From Sphingobacteriales bacterium (GTDB taxonomy: Bacteria; Bacteroidota; Bacteroidia; Chitinophagales; Chitinophagaceae): DNA of 64,000 bases. Below, in pieces: positions 29,212-39,615 of the stretch. The notes beneath the pieces are model-generated. The model saw only the letters and a program-made list of their open reading frames with translations, had not been told where the DNA came from and searched no databases. The stretch covers positions 8,674 through 72,673 of the forward strand of contig OMJB01000077.1 in NCBI GenBank assembly GCA_900299255.1, in the 5' to 3' direction. The first letter of the stretch is position 1. Every line of letters starts with the position of its first letter. The position numbers and the translations under genes are program-made.

Positions 29212-29793
29212 TTACAAAGTAACGTGAATGCTGTATTTAGCAACAACTTTCACTGTCATTGGCGCAGTTACCGGAGCCCTCAAAGCTCCCTCTACATCAT
29301 ACGTAACAACTACCGGGCCGGACGCAGGCAGATAATCTTTGTAGTTTGTAGTAGTGTTTACCGGCAGGCTCAGCGTTGTAGCAAAAACGTTCGGATTGTT
29401 GGTAACCTCACCTACTAACGATTGTGTAGTTTTTGCATTTGTAAACAAAGATGCTTTGGCACTCTTGAAGTTAGCAAAGTTATTATTAGTACTGGAACCT
29501 GTTAATATTGTCAGTTCACATGACTTCAGTTTAAACTCATCAACGTTGTTGATACCGTAAGTATTTGCTGTTTTCGATTTGATGATACTGTCTACATTTA
29601 CATTAACCGTAGCAGACCCAATTGCTGAATAAGTCATAGAGTCAGTAACCGATGTTACCGGTACATTTACAGTTACTTCAATTCCGTCCAGATCAATACT
29701 CTGAATGATCGTGTTTGCAACTTTTGTGCAGGAATTCAGTGCAAGGCTGCTAAAAGCTGCAATACCCGCCAATAGTAATATTCTTTTTTTCAT
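29212..29793 (-). CDS. hypothetical lipoprotein
   Basis: 193 aa. MKKRILLLAGIAAFSSLALNSCTK lipobox. T/N/V-rich beta-type sequence. Confidence 0.6.
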   Translation of the reverse strand: MKKRILLLAGIAAFSSLALNSCTKVANTIIQSIDLDGIEVTVNVPVTSVTDSMTYSAIGSATVNVNVDSIIKSKTANTYGINNVDEFKLKSCELTILTGSSTNNNFANFKSAKASLFTNAKTTQSLVGEVTNNPNVFATTLSLPVNTTTNYKDYLPASGPVVVTYDVEGALRAPVTAPMTVKVVAKYSIHVTL

Positions 29794-30057
29794 GTTTCTT
29801 GATTTTTCTGACTCAAAATTAGTTGTTTAAATCTGATAGACAAAATTATTATTATAAAAAAATTATTATTTTGTTTTTGAGCCGTGATTGCATGAGCATG
29901 GCATTTCAAAGAGCATCACCTGATTATTTCCTATTTTTGGAGATATTATTTTTTAGAGGATTCCGGAGAGAAACAGATAATAACTGTAACGGTCTGGAGC
30001 ATTGTTGTTGAACTTCAATGCACGATTCCCAAAATCCGAATACGTCATACAATATTT

Positions 30058-32025
30058 ATGCATATAAAAATCCGTTGGATAATTCTTGTCTCCCTCATCT
30101 TCTTCATTGCAATGAGCATTGACCGGATTTATCTGCTAGCCATAACCGGTTACCTCTCAAAAATAAACACTGGTGTGCTGAACACACTTTGGCTGGGGAG
30201 CCGGTACGACCTGCGCGAAACCGGGATACTGGCGGTATTTATGATGCTGCTGTCATTCATTCCTTTTTTTAATCCGTTTAAGTCTTCTTTTGGAAAAAAA
30301 TTCTGGTTGTGGCTGTTGTCCGTTCTGGCTGTTCTGACTGTATTCATCTACGTTGCAGATACGCTTCATTACGATTACCTTACTCAAAGACTGAATGCCA
30401 GTGTGCTTAATTTCCTTCCGGAGGGCAGCACCTCATTGCAGATGGTTTGGCAGACATATCCCGTTATTAAACTTACCCTATTCATAGCTGTGGTAAGTGC
30501 AGTTATCATTTTCTTTATCAGCAAATCTCTCAGCATTAAGCAAAACATGGATGTACCTGCCTCCAAAACACGCACTATTACAAGTTTTGTGGTATTGTTT
30601 CTGCTTTGCGCTTTTTGTATTTTCGGCAGGCTGAATCAATACCCGCTGCGCTGGAGCGATGCGTTTAGCCTGAGAGACAGCCGCCTTTCACAGCTGGCTT
30701 TGAATCCTTTTCAGAGCTTTGTGAGCTCTTTACGGTTTCGCCATGTTTCGTTCGATGAAAAAGCGAGCAGGCAGTACTACCCACTCATGGCACAATACCT
30801 GGGTGTTGATTCATCAAAAGCCGGAGATGCACGCTTCTTCAGGTCGGTACCCGGAGATAATGTACCTAAGACTAATATTGTTCTTGTTATTTGCGAGAGT
30901 TTCAGTGCATACAAGAGCTCCATGTGGGGCAATCCGCTGAATACCACACCATTTTTCAATTCTATGTGCAATGATGGTATATTTTTTGACCATTGCTTCA
31001 CTCCTCATTTTGGCACAGCCAGAGGGGTATGGGCTACCATCACCGGCATTCCCGATGTGCTACTGGATAAAACTGCCAGCAGAAATCCGTTGATAGTTGA
31101 CCAGCACTCTATTTTCAATGATTTTAAAGGTTTTGAGAAAGACTATTTTATTGGCGGCAGTACAAGTTGGGCTAATATACAAGGCGTACTTCAAAATAAT
31201 ATTGAAGGTATCACCATACACGAGCAGGGCAGTTATGATGCCAAAAAAATTGATGTATGGGGTATCAGCGACAAAAACCTTTTTTTACAGGCTAATAAGG
31301 TACTGAGCAAAAAGAAAGGCCCATTCTTTGCTATCATTCAGACCTCTGATAACCACAGGCCCTATACCATACCTGCCGAAGACAAGGAAGCCTTCAAAAC
31401 TGTTACTTACTCTGCAGATACGCTGAACATGTATGGGTTCCAGAGCAATGAAGAACTGAATGCATTCCGGTATACTGACTTCAGTTACCAGGCATTTATT
31501 GAGGCTGCAAAAAAGGAAAAATACTTTGCCAACACTATTTTCATTTTTATCGGGGATCACGGTATCAGGGGCAACGCCGGCAATATGTTCCCAAAAGCAT
31601 GGACAGAAAATGCCCTCACTTGTTTTCATGTGCCCCTGCTCTTCTACGCGCCGGGCAGGCTGAAGGCTGAAAGACACTCCATGCTCAGCTCGCAGGTGGA
31701 TGTAATGCCCACTATTGCCGGGCTGGCGGGCATACCCTACACCAATACTACCATGGGGCGCGACCTGCTGCATCTGAAAGACACAACGACAAATACCGTT
31801 TTCCTGATTGATCATGACATCCGCAATATTGCAATACTGCACGGGAAATATTTGTTCCAACGGCATCTGGAAACAAAACAAGAAGCGCTGGTGCCCATCG
31901 ATAACAACGAAAAAATTCAGACAGAGAACAGCGATGAGCTGACCAGGTATATGCGCGACCTTACCATTGGGTTTTATGAGAATGCCCGGTATATGCTCTT
32001 CAATAATGCAAAAGCCAGGAAGTAG
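30058..32025 (+). CDS. LTA synthase-family sulfatase-like transferase (membrane-anchored alkaline-phosphatase superfamily)
   Basis: 655 aa. About 5 N-terminal TM helices, then an extracytoplasmic sulfatase-type domain (NIVLVICESFSAY..., SDNHRPY, IFIGDHG). Confidence 0.8.
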   Translation: MHIKIRWIILVSLIFFIAMSIDRIYLLAITGYLSKINTGVLNTLWLGSRYDLRETGILAVFMMLLSFIPFFNPFKSSFGKKFWLWLLSVLAVLTVFIYVADTLHYDYLTQRLNASVLNFLPEGSTSLQMVWQTYPVIKLTLFIAVVSAVIIFFISKSLSIKQNMDVPASKTRTITSFVVLFLLCAFCIFGRLNQYPLRWSDAFSLRDSRLSQLALNPFQSFVSSLRFRHVSFDEKASRQYYPLMAQYLGVDSSKAGDARFFRSVPGDNVPKTNIVLVICESFSAYKSSMWGNPLNTTPFFNSMCNDGIFFDHCFTPHFGTARGVWATITGIPDVLLDKTASRNPLIVDQHSIFNDFKGFEKDYFIGGSTSWANIQGVLQNNIEGITIHEQGSYDAKKIDVWGISDKNLFLQANKVLSKKKGPFFAIIQTSDNHRPYTIPAEDKEAFKTVTYSADTLNMYGFQSNEELNAFRYTDFSYQAFIEAAKKEKYFANTIFIFIGDHGIRGNAGNMFPKAWTENALTCFHVPLLFYAPGRLKAERHSMLSSQVDVMPTIAGLAGIPYTNTTMGRDLLHLKDTTTNTVFLIDHDIRNIAILHGKYLFQRHLETKQEALVPIDNNEKIQTENSDELTRYMRDLTIGFYENARYMLFNNAKARK

Positions 32026-32153
32026 TTGGGAATAGAATTTTGCACATACTCAAACCCAATTTTTAATGTAGGTACATTTAATATTCAATAATTATCTTAT
32101 AATTTTTTGTTTGCTGCAGTTCTTTTTATAAATTCATAAAAAAATCTGATTTT

Positions 32154-35100
32154 ATGAAAAGAATCTACATTTTACTATTGGCTATAGTATGGTGTTTTAC
32201 CGCTATAGGTCAGACAGGTCCTATAACCGGGCCACTAACAGTTTGTTCTACATATCAGGTTACATTAAGTTGCTCGCCGGGTGACTGCACCTGGAGCAGC
32301 TCTAATCCGTCAATTGCCACTATCGGGTCTTCCAGTGGTTTGGTTACTGCCGGCCTTACAGCAGGCGTTGTAACCATAACCTACAACTGTGGGTCCAGCG
32401 GTTTCTCTACCGCACAGCTAACAGTAAATCCGTTGCCGGCAACTATAACCTGTCCTACATCCGGTTGCAACGTTTGCCTGGGAGGCAGCATTACAGTTAC
32501 AGACCCCACTCCCGGCGGCATATGGAGTACTCAAAACCCATCCATTGCTACCGTTGGTTCTTCTTCCGGAATCGTTAACGGCCTTTCAGTCGGCACCACG
32601 GTACTTTCGTATGCACTGGTACCTACAGGTTGCTTTGTTACTTCACTCATCACTGTTTTCCCAAATCCTTCTGCAATAACGATAACAGGCAGCAGCAGTA
32701 TTTGTGTTGGCTCCACAACTACCGTCACCGCAACTCCGCCACTGGGCACACCGCCCGGCACATGGAGCAGCAGCCCCGTTACGGTTGCCACCATCAGCTC
32801 CGGCGGCGTAATTACCGGCGTGGGCGCAGGTGTGGCTACTATTACTTATATGCTGGGTACAGGTTGTTTTTCAGTAACAACCGTCACTGTTTGTCCTACA
32901 CCTGCAGCTATTCCCTGCCCCTCTTCAGCAAAGCCTTGCAATATGTGTGTAGGCAGCACTATGACATTAACAAATGCTACTGCTGGTGGTATTTGGATGA
33001 GCAGTAATTCTGGAATAGCAACAGTCGGTTCCTCATCAGGTATTGTTACTGCTGTTGCTCCCGGTATCGTTACGATTACTTACTCCATCGCACCATGCGG
33101 TTGTTCTGCCTCAACCACAATCACTGTTAACCCAAATCCTGTGGCATACACCATGGTAGGTGGTGGCAGTTATTGTTCCGGTGGCATAGGCGTGCCGGTA
33201 GGGATTAGTAACTCACAGATTGGTGTGAGCTATCAGCTGATGTGCGGTGTCACTCCGGTAGGCCCACCGGTAGCGGGTACCGGGGCAGGCATCAGTTTCG
33301 GACTGCAAACAGCGCCCTGCACATATACAGTTGTTGCCACAAATGCATTTGGATGCCAGACCACAATGGGATCTGCAACCGTTGTAGTTAATCCGGTACC
33401 GGGCCCTATTGTCTGCGGTTCAGCAGGAACTACCTGTTCAGTATGCGTAGGAGATTCCATTACGCTTACTAATGCAGTACCCGGTGGCATATGGACCAGC
33501 AGCAACCCGGCTATTGCCACAGTCGGCTCAACATCCGGAGTAGTAACGGGTGTAAGCGCAGGCTCGGTTACAATCACTTACACACTGCTCGGAGGTTGCT
33601 TTGTAACCATAAACATAACAATATGCCCACTGCCCAATACATTTACAGTTACGGGCGGGGCAGCTACTGTGCCGGTGGACCGGGAGTACCCGTCGGACTG
33701 AGCAATTCGCAAATTGGTGTAATGTACCAGCTCATGTGCGGTGCCAGCCCCGTTGGCTCGCCGGTAGCAGGAACAGGCTCGGCCATTAGCTTCGGACTGC
33801 AGACCGCAGCGTGTGTATACACAGTCCTTGCAACAAACGCCTGTGGCTGCCATTCAATAATGGGAAGTGTTACCATAGTTATCAATCCCGCTCCGGGGCC
33901 TATTTCATGCGGAACCGTGGGCACCGCCTGCGCACTTTGTGTGGGCAGCACTATGGTGTTAACCAACCCCACACCGGGAGGCATCTAGTCAAGCAGTAAC
34001 CCGCTTGTAGCAACAGTTGGTGCAACAACAGGTATCGTCACAGGCATTAATCCCGGCGTTGTTATTATTACCTATACCATTGGTAGCTGCTCAGTGTCAG
34101 CCACTATTGTTGTTAACCCTAACCCAGGCAATATAACAGGCGTTTTGTCGGTCTGCGTTGGTGCCACCACCACATTATCCTGTAGCCCCGGTGGCGGGGT
34201 GTGGAGCAGCAGCAATACGTCTGTGGGCACCATATCTACCACCGGCGTAGTAACGGGCATAGCAGCAGGTGTAACCACTATTACCTACATGCTGGGAACA
34301 GGCTGCTTCAGTACGGTTAATGTTACCGTAAATCCCAACCCTACGATAACCGGGACAATGATCACCTGTGTTGGCGGTACCACTTTGTTAAGCGGCACTC
34401 CAACCGGAGGAATCTGGACCAGTGCTAATCCGGGCATTGCCACTGTGGGTGCCGGATCCGTAATCGTTACCGGCGTAGCACCAGGCACTACGCTTATCAC
34501 TTATACTTTACCAACAGGTTGCTTTGTCTCACACCTCGTAACTGTAACTCCTGCGCCCGGCCCCATTGCCTGCCCGTCAACGGGGTGCCAGGTATGTGTA
34601 GGAAGCAGCGTTTTATTGACGAATCCCATACCCGGCGGCTTATGGAGCAGCCGTAATACAGGTATTGCAACAGTAAGTTCTGCATCGGGTATAGTTACCG
34701 GTGTTTCCGCAGGTACATCGTATATTACTTATACGCTCGGAGGCTGTTTTGTTACAACGCTGTTTACTGTCAATCCGTTACCAATTCCATTTACTGTTAC
34801 CGGGGGCGGCAGCTACTGTTCCGGTGGCACAGGCGTTCCGGTGGGATTGAGCGGATCACAGATTGGTGTTAACTACCAGTTATACTGCGGAGCCAGCCCT
34901 GTAGGGTTACCGGTTGCAGGGACAGGTGCGGCTATCAGCTTTGGCTTGCAAACCGGCCCTTGTGTGTATACAGTTGTTGCCACCAGTATTTTTGGATGCA
35001 GTTCTACCATGACGGGAAGTGTCACCATCACCATCAATCCATCTCCGCTGCCGATTGTATGCCCAACTACTGGCTGCAGTTTGTGTGCTGGCAGTACTAT

Positions 35101-35974
35101 GGTACTAACTAGCCCCACTCCGGGAGGGGTATGGAGCAGCAGCAACCCTGCTATAGCTACTATAGGTTCTGCAACGGGGGTAGTTACTGCAGTATCTGCC
35201 GGCGTAACCATTATTACTTATGCGCTGGGGCCATGTTACACAACAACTGCAATTACAGTCAACCCGGTACCCGGCCCCATTACCGGAACGGCAACAGTCT
35301 GCATAGGCGGCACAACCGCATTGTCCTGCACCCCGGCTGGAGGCACATGGAGCACAGGCTGCACACTGGTATCAGTTAACCCATCAACCGGTGTAGTGAC
35401 GGGCATAAGCACAGGCATATGCAGTGCCATTACCTATACACTGCCGGGCGGTTGTTTCACAACAATCAATGTGACAGTCACAGCCATCACTCCTATAACC
35501 GGACCCACTTACGTGTGTGTTGGTTCAACCTGTACATTGTCTAATACAACACCGGGTGGCACCTGGAGTACCAGCTGCACCAATGCCACTGTAAACCCTG
35601 TAACGGGGGTTGTAACTGGTGTAGCAGTGGGGCTGTGCAGCAGCATAACTTATACATTACCCTCAGGTTGCTATACTACCTACCCGATCAATGTAAACCC
35701 GCTGCCATGCACCAATGGCGTGGAAGAATTGAATTCGGTTGCAGGCAGTATAGAGCTGTTCCCCAACCCAGCTACTGAAGAGGTAACGATAAAAATGGCA
35801 GGCACCGCATATAATTCGTACACTATTACAAATGAAATCGGTCAGGTAATTATATTCGGTTCATTGCTGAGAGTAGAAACAGTGGTTAACATCAAGAAAC
35901 TGCCTCCTGCAATGTACCACGTCACCTTCAGGGGTGGGAATGGAATACTTACAAAACGATTCATAAAACAATAG
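32154..35974 (+). pseudogene. ~1270-codon Ig-like (Big_2-type) repeat adhesin with a T9SS type A C-terminal sorting domain, disrupted by a frameshift and an in-frame TAG
   Basis: Signal peptide MKRIYILLLAIVWCFTAIGQ. About 12 units of ...C.G.T..L...TPGG.W.SSNP.IATVG...G.VTG...G...ITY....GC... and 3 units of T(V)GGGSYC.GG.GVPVG(L/I)S.SQIGV.YQL.CG..PVG.PVAGTG..ISFGLQT. Reading frame 32154-33701 leaves the repeat pattern at the G4 run 33657-33660, and the pattern resumes in the frame of ORF 33491-33988. TAG at 33986-33988 sits where every other unit has W (PTPGGI*SSSNP vs PGGIWSSSNP). ORF 34094-35974 is in the same frame and ends in ELFPNPATEEVTIKM...MYHVTFRG (type A CTD). Confidence 0.8.
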
Positions 35975-35998
35975 ACCAGTTGGTGTGTGGTTTTTAGC

Positions 35999-36028
35999 AG
36001 AAAGGGCATCCCGGCGGATGCCCTTTCT
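35999..36028 (+). terminator. stem-loop after the adhesin gene
   Basis: AGAAAGGGCATCC-cggc-GGATGCCCTTTCT, a 13-bp perfect stem with a weak U-tail. Confidence 0.6.
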
Positions 36029-36125
36029 GTTGACACAAGAAACTACAGTTTTACGCACCGATAATTTCCGCCGAATTTAATACCAGATTTAATTGATTTG
36101 ATTTATCTTACCATTCTAAATTCAT

Positions 36126-36872
36126 ATGCTTATGTCTGAAAAGAAAATAGTTCTGGTAACCGGTGCGACCGGAGGCCTCGGAACAGCGATGTGCAAAAAA
36201 TTATACGATGATGGCTTCATAGTAGTTGCTAATTACCGCAATGAAGAAAAGGCCAGAGAATGGAAAGAAAAACTGCACCAGGAGGGTTATGATATTGCTA
36301 TCTATTATGCAGATGTAGCAGACTACGACTCGTGCGGCAAAATGATAGAACAGATCACAAAAGACCTGGGAACGGTGGATGTACTGGTGAACAATGCCGG
36401 TATCACCAAGGATGGTGCTTTCCGTAAAATGACTCCCGAAAACTGGAAAGCAGTCATATCAACCAACCTGGACAGCGTATTCAACTGCACCCGCCACGTC
36501 ATCAATCCAATGATTGAAAAAGGTTTCGGGCGAATCATCAACATATCTTCTGTTAACGGCCAGAGAGGGCAGTTCGGACAGGCAAACTACTCCGCTGCCA
36601 AGGCTGGTATGCATGGCTTCTCCAAAACCCTTGCTATGGAAGTAGCCAACAAAGGCATAACCGTAAATACCATTTCTCCCGGATACATAGGTACTGATAT
36701 GGTTATGGCTGTGAAAGAAGAAATACGTAACCAGATCATTGCACAGATACCTATGGGGCGCCTGGGAGGCACTGAAGAGGTGGCTTACCTGGTGTCATTC
36801 CTGGCATCATCACATGCATCGTTTATCACAGGTGCCAATCTGAGTATCAACGGCGGACAGCACGTTTACTGA
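36126..36872 (+). CDS. acetoacetyl-CoA reductase-like short-chain dehydrogenase (PhaB/FabG family)
   Basis: 248 aa. TGATGGLG cofactor motif, NNAG, catalytic S...YSAAK. The C-terminal PGYIGTDMV...IPMGRLGGTEEVA..V.FL.S....FITGANLSINGGQH looks closest to PhaB-type enzymes. Confidence 0.8.
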   Translation: MLMSEKKIVLVTGATGGLGTAMCKKLYDDGFIVVANYRNEEKAREWKEKLHQEGYDIAIYYADVADYDSCGKMIEQITKDLGTVDVLVNNAGITKDGAFRKMTPENWKAVISTNLDSVFNCTRHVINPMIEKGFGRIINISSVNGQRGQFGQANYSAAKAGMHGFSKTLAMEVANKGITVNTISPGYIGTDMVMAVKEEIRNQIIAQIPMGRLGGTEEVAYLVSFLASSHASFITGANLSINGGQHVY

Positions 36873-36913
36873 TTGTCACCGCAAAACAGCCAAAACATTC
36901 TTAAATTTGCATC

Positions 36914-37351
36914 ATGAAGCGAATTGCAATGCTGGCTGCTCTGGTTGCAGTTGTACTGATAGCATACAGAATGATGTCTGGCGAATCGGGAGACAGCAAA
37001 GATGGAATTAAGTTTTACGAAGGATCGTGGGAATCTGTTCTTGCCAAAGCTAAGGCAGAACAGAAACCCATCTTTCTGGATATATATGCAAGCTGGTGCG
37101 GGCCATGCAAAATGCTGAAAAAGAAAAGTTTTTCAGACAAAGAAGTGGGCACTTTTTTCAACACCAATTTTGTCAATGTATCTTTTGATGGAGAAAACGG
37201 CGATGGCGGAATGCTAGCCGCCAAATACCATATTTCCGGATACCCGACTCTTATCGTTTTAGACAAAAACGGAAACCTTGTCAGCACCCACGTCGGATTT
37301 TTACCCCCTGATGAATTACTCATACTGGGTAAACAGTCTGTAAGAAATTAG
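36914..37351 (+). CDS. membrane-anchored or secreted thioredoxin-family protein
   Basis: 145 aa. N-terminal hydrophobic segment and the WCGPCK active site. Confidence 0.8.
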   Translation: MKRIAMLAALVAVVLIAYRMMSGESGDSKDGIKFYEGSWESVLAKAKAEQKPIFLDIYASWCGPCKMLKKKSFSDKEVGTFFNTNFVNVSFDGENGDGGMLAAKYHISGYPTLIVLDKNGNLVSTHVGFLPPDELLILGKQSVRN

Positions 37352-37389
37352 AAACAGTATATTTAGTCCTGATTATAGTTTGGTGAACC

Positions 37390-38043
37390 ATGGCAAGCGG
37401 CAAAGTAACAAGATTAGCAATCATTGACGATCACCCAATCGTAATAGACGGCATACGTTCTTTGCTGGAAGGCGATCCCGGCATTGCCGTTGTTACCACT
37501 ACCTCCTCCGCAGCGACCCTGCTGCACGAACTGGAGCGGATTGAAACCGATATTCTGCTCACAGATATCGTGATGCCTGAAATGAACGGAAACGAACTGG
37601 CCAAACTGGTCAGAAAAAAATTTCCGCATATAAAGATACTCGCACTTAGCATGAGCGGTCAGGGCGATATTGTAAACGAAATGATCAATGATTCCGATAT
37701 CTGCGGATATATTCTCAAAAATGTGAGCCGGGATGAATTGCTGCACGCAATCCACAAAATTGCTGCAGGAGGAATTTATTTCAGTGAAGAGGTTCTTGCA
37801 GAATTGGAGAAATATAAAGCTCCTGACACCTCTGACCAACCAGCGCTCACCAACCGTGAAATCGAGATCATCCGGCTGATGGAAAAAGAAATGGGCAACA
37901 AGGAAATTGCCGACCTGTTGTTTATCAGCGAGCGTACTGTTGAGACCCACCGTAAAAATATTTTCAGAAAACTGGGCAAGAATACGCTGATAGGTGTTAT
38001 TAAGTATGCCTACGACCACAAGATCATTCCGCATGCGCACTGA
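37390..38043 (+). CDS. NarL/FixJ (LuxR-type HTH) response regulator
   Basis: 217 aa. REC domain (LAIIDDHPIV...LLTDIVMPEMNG...ILALS) plus LuxR HTH (LTNREIEIIRLMEKEMGNKEIADLLFISERTVETHRKNIFRKLG). No histidine kinase is adjacent. Confidence 0.9.
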   Translation: MASGKVTRLAIIDDHPIVIDGIRSLLEGDPGIAVVTTTSSAATLLHELERIETDILLTDIVMPEMNGNELAKLVRKKFPHIKILALSMSGQGDIVNEMINDSDICGYILKNVSRDELLHAIHKIAAGGIYFSEEVLAELEKYKAPDTSDQPALTNREIEIIRLMEKEMGNKEIADLLFISERTVETHRKNIFRKLGKNTLIGVIKYAYDHKIIPHAH

Positions 38044-38052
38044 TACTGCCTC

Positions 38053-39075
38053 ATGAAAAGTCTTCTTCAATTAATTGCTGCTCTTTTTCTGTCTGCCACA
38101 TCCCTGGGGCAGGATATCCACTGGCAACCTGTTGCCTCTAAACCAGAGGTTTCTTACAGAGGGCTTTCAGTCGTAGACAACCAAACAGCCTGGGTAAGCG
38201 GCAGCAAAGGATCTGTAGTGCGCAGCACAGATGGTGGCCGCAGCTGGCAAGCCTGTCAGGTGAAAGGATATGAAAAATGTGATTTCCGTTCCATCTATGC
38301 TTTTGATCAGAACAGCGCAGTAATTGCCAGCGCAGGTGTTCCTGCTGTAGTTCTGCGTACCGTTGATGGCGGGCTAAGCTGGACTGTAGTTTACTCAAGC
38401 AGTGATACTGCTGTATTTTTTGACGGAATTGACTTTTTCAACAAAAATGAGGGCATCATTTATGGGGACCCAATTGGTGGGCACCTGCTGATACTGCGCA
38501 CTGAAAACAGTGGCGCCAACTGGCACGAAGCCCCTGCATCCAGCCGGCCGGAACTCCTTGATGGCGAAGCCTCTTTTGCAGCAAGCGGTACAGCAATACG
38601 TTGTTATGACAACAACCGTATCATTATTGCCACCGGTGGCAAGGCATCCAGGCTGTTTATTTCCTATGACAAAGGCTCCCACTGGCGCATTGTAAATCCG
38701 CCCTTTATCCACGGTGAAAATACCACAGGTATTTTTTCAACTGCGTTTTTTAATGAACGAACAGGAGTAGCCGTTGGCGGCAACTACAAGCAGGAACAAG
38801 CTAAAGTGAACCACGTTTTTTATACAACCGATGGTGGCAGCACATGGAAAGCTCCTGCCTTTCCCACAAGAGGTTACCGTGAGTGCGTTGAATACCTGAA
38901 TAAGAATACCCTGATAGCAACCGGCCCCTCCGGCACAGATGTATCCTTTGACGGCGGTGTCAACTGGAAGCCCGTTTCAGACGAAAAAGGGTTTCATGTG
39001 GTAAGAAAAAGCAGAAAAGGCTCACTGGTCATCGCCGCAGGTGCTGAAGGCAAGATTTGCCTGATTACAATGTAA
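38053..39075 (+). CDS. secreted BNR/Asp-box beta-propeller protein (Ycf48-like)
   Basis: 340 aa. Signal peptide. Six S/T-x-D-G-G-x-(S/T)-W-type boxes (STDGGRSW, TVDGGLSW, TENSGANW, SYDKGSHW, TTDGGSTW, SFDGGVNW). Confidence 0.7.
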   Translation: MKSLLQLIAALFLSATSLGQDIHWQPVASKPEVSYRGLSVVDNQTAWVSGSKGSVVRSTDGGRSWQACQVKGYEKCDFRSIYAFDQNSAVIASAGVPAVVLRTVDGGLSWTVVYSSSDTAVFFDGIDFFNKNEGIIYGDPIGGHLLILRTENSGANWHEAPASSRPELLDGEASFAASGTAIRCYDNNRIIIATGGKASRLFISYDKGSHWRIVNPPFIHGENTTGIFSTAFFNERTGVAVGGNYKQEQAKVNHVFYTTDGGSTWKAPAFPTRGYRECVEYLNKNTLIATGPSGTDVSFDGGVNWKPVSDEKGFHVVRKSRKGSLVIAAGAEGKICLITM

Positions 39076-39076
39076 A

Positions 39077-39508
39077 CTATTGTTTGGCACGCTCCAGCTT
39101 TACTTCATCAGGAGTTATAGTACCGCCGCTGTTGCCAAAATTTGAATATACGTATGTAAGCACGCTGGCTATTTCATCATCATTGAGAGCTTGTGGCGGC
39201 ATTACTCCGTTGTAAGTTACACCGTTCACTACAATGTCTCCGGAACTGCCCTTCAGCACCTGTTTGATAACCTGATCTTTGTTGGCCAGGTAATCTGACT
39301 TGGCCAGCGGTGGAAATGAACCCGGCACGCCCTTGCCGTTAGGCTGATGGCAGGCAATACAAGTCTTTTTGTAAATATCTTCTCCGGTTGGTTTTGCCAC
39401 TGCTGTACTCGCTGGTGCGCCGGCCTGGCCGTTCTGGCTGGTTGGGCCTCCACATGCAGCCAAAAAAGAAACGGCGAAAACCACCGTCAGCAACTGTATA
39501 TTTTTCAT
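39077..39508 (-). CDS. c-type cytochrome (class I), lipoprotein
   Basis: The preferred start gives MKNIQLLTVVFAVSFLAACGG (lipobox). Heme motif CIACH and a distal GVMPP Met ligand region. Confidence 0.8.
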   Translation of the reverse strand: MKNIQLLTVVFAVSFLAACGGPTSQNGQAGAPASTAVAKPTGEDIYKKTCIACHQPNGKGVPGSFPPLAKSDYLANKDQVIKQVLKGSSGDIVVNGVTYNGVMPPQALNDDEIASVLTYVYSNFGNSGGTITPDEVKLERAKQ

Positions 39509-39615
39509 ACCTGTATTTTGTAAGCTTTTTTGAATGGCGTAAAATAAAACAAAATAAACAACTAAATTTATACAAAAATTTTTGGGTGCATTCAAATCGT
39601 TAATCAACCTGTATT

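Noticed and set aside
32154-35974. The regular repeats here could have been a CRISPR-like or other non-coding tandem array. Many antisense ORFs lie at 32531-35430.
   Set aside because: The repeats are ~210-260-nt protein-domain units in one continuous reading frame, diverged at the DNA level and without unique spacers. The antisense ORFs are by-products of the GGT/ACC-rich codon composition.
37414-38070. A 218-aa minus-strand ORF covers almost exactly the response-regulator gene.
   Set aside because: The plus-strand product has textbook REC and LuxR HTH motifs. The antisense product has none.
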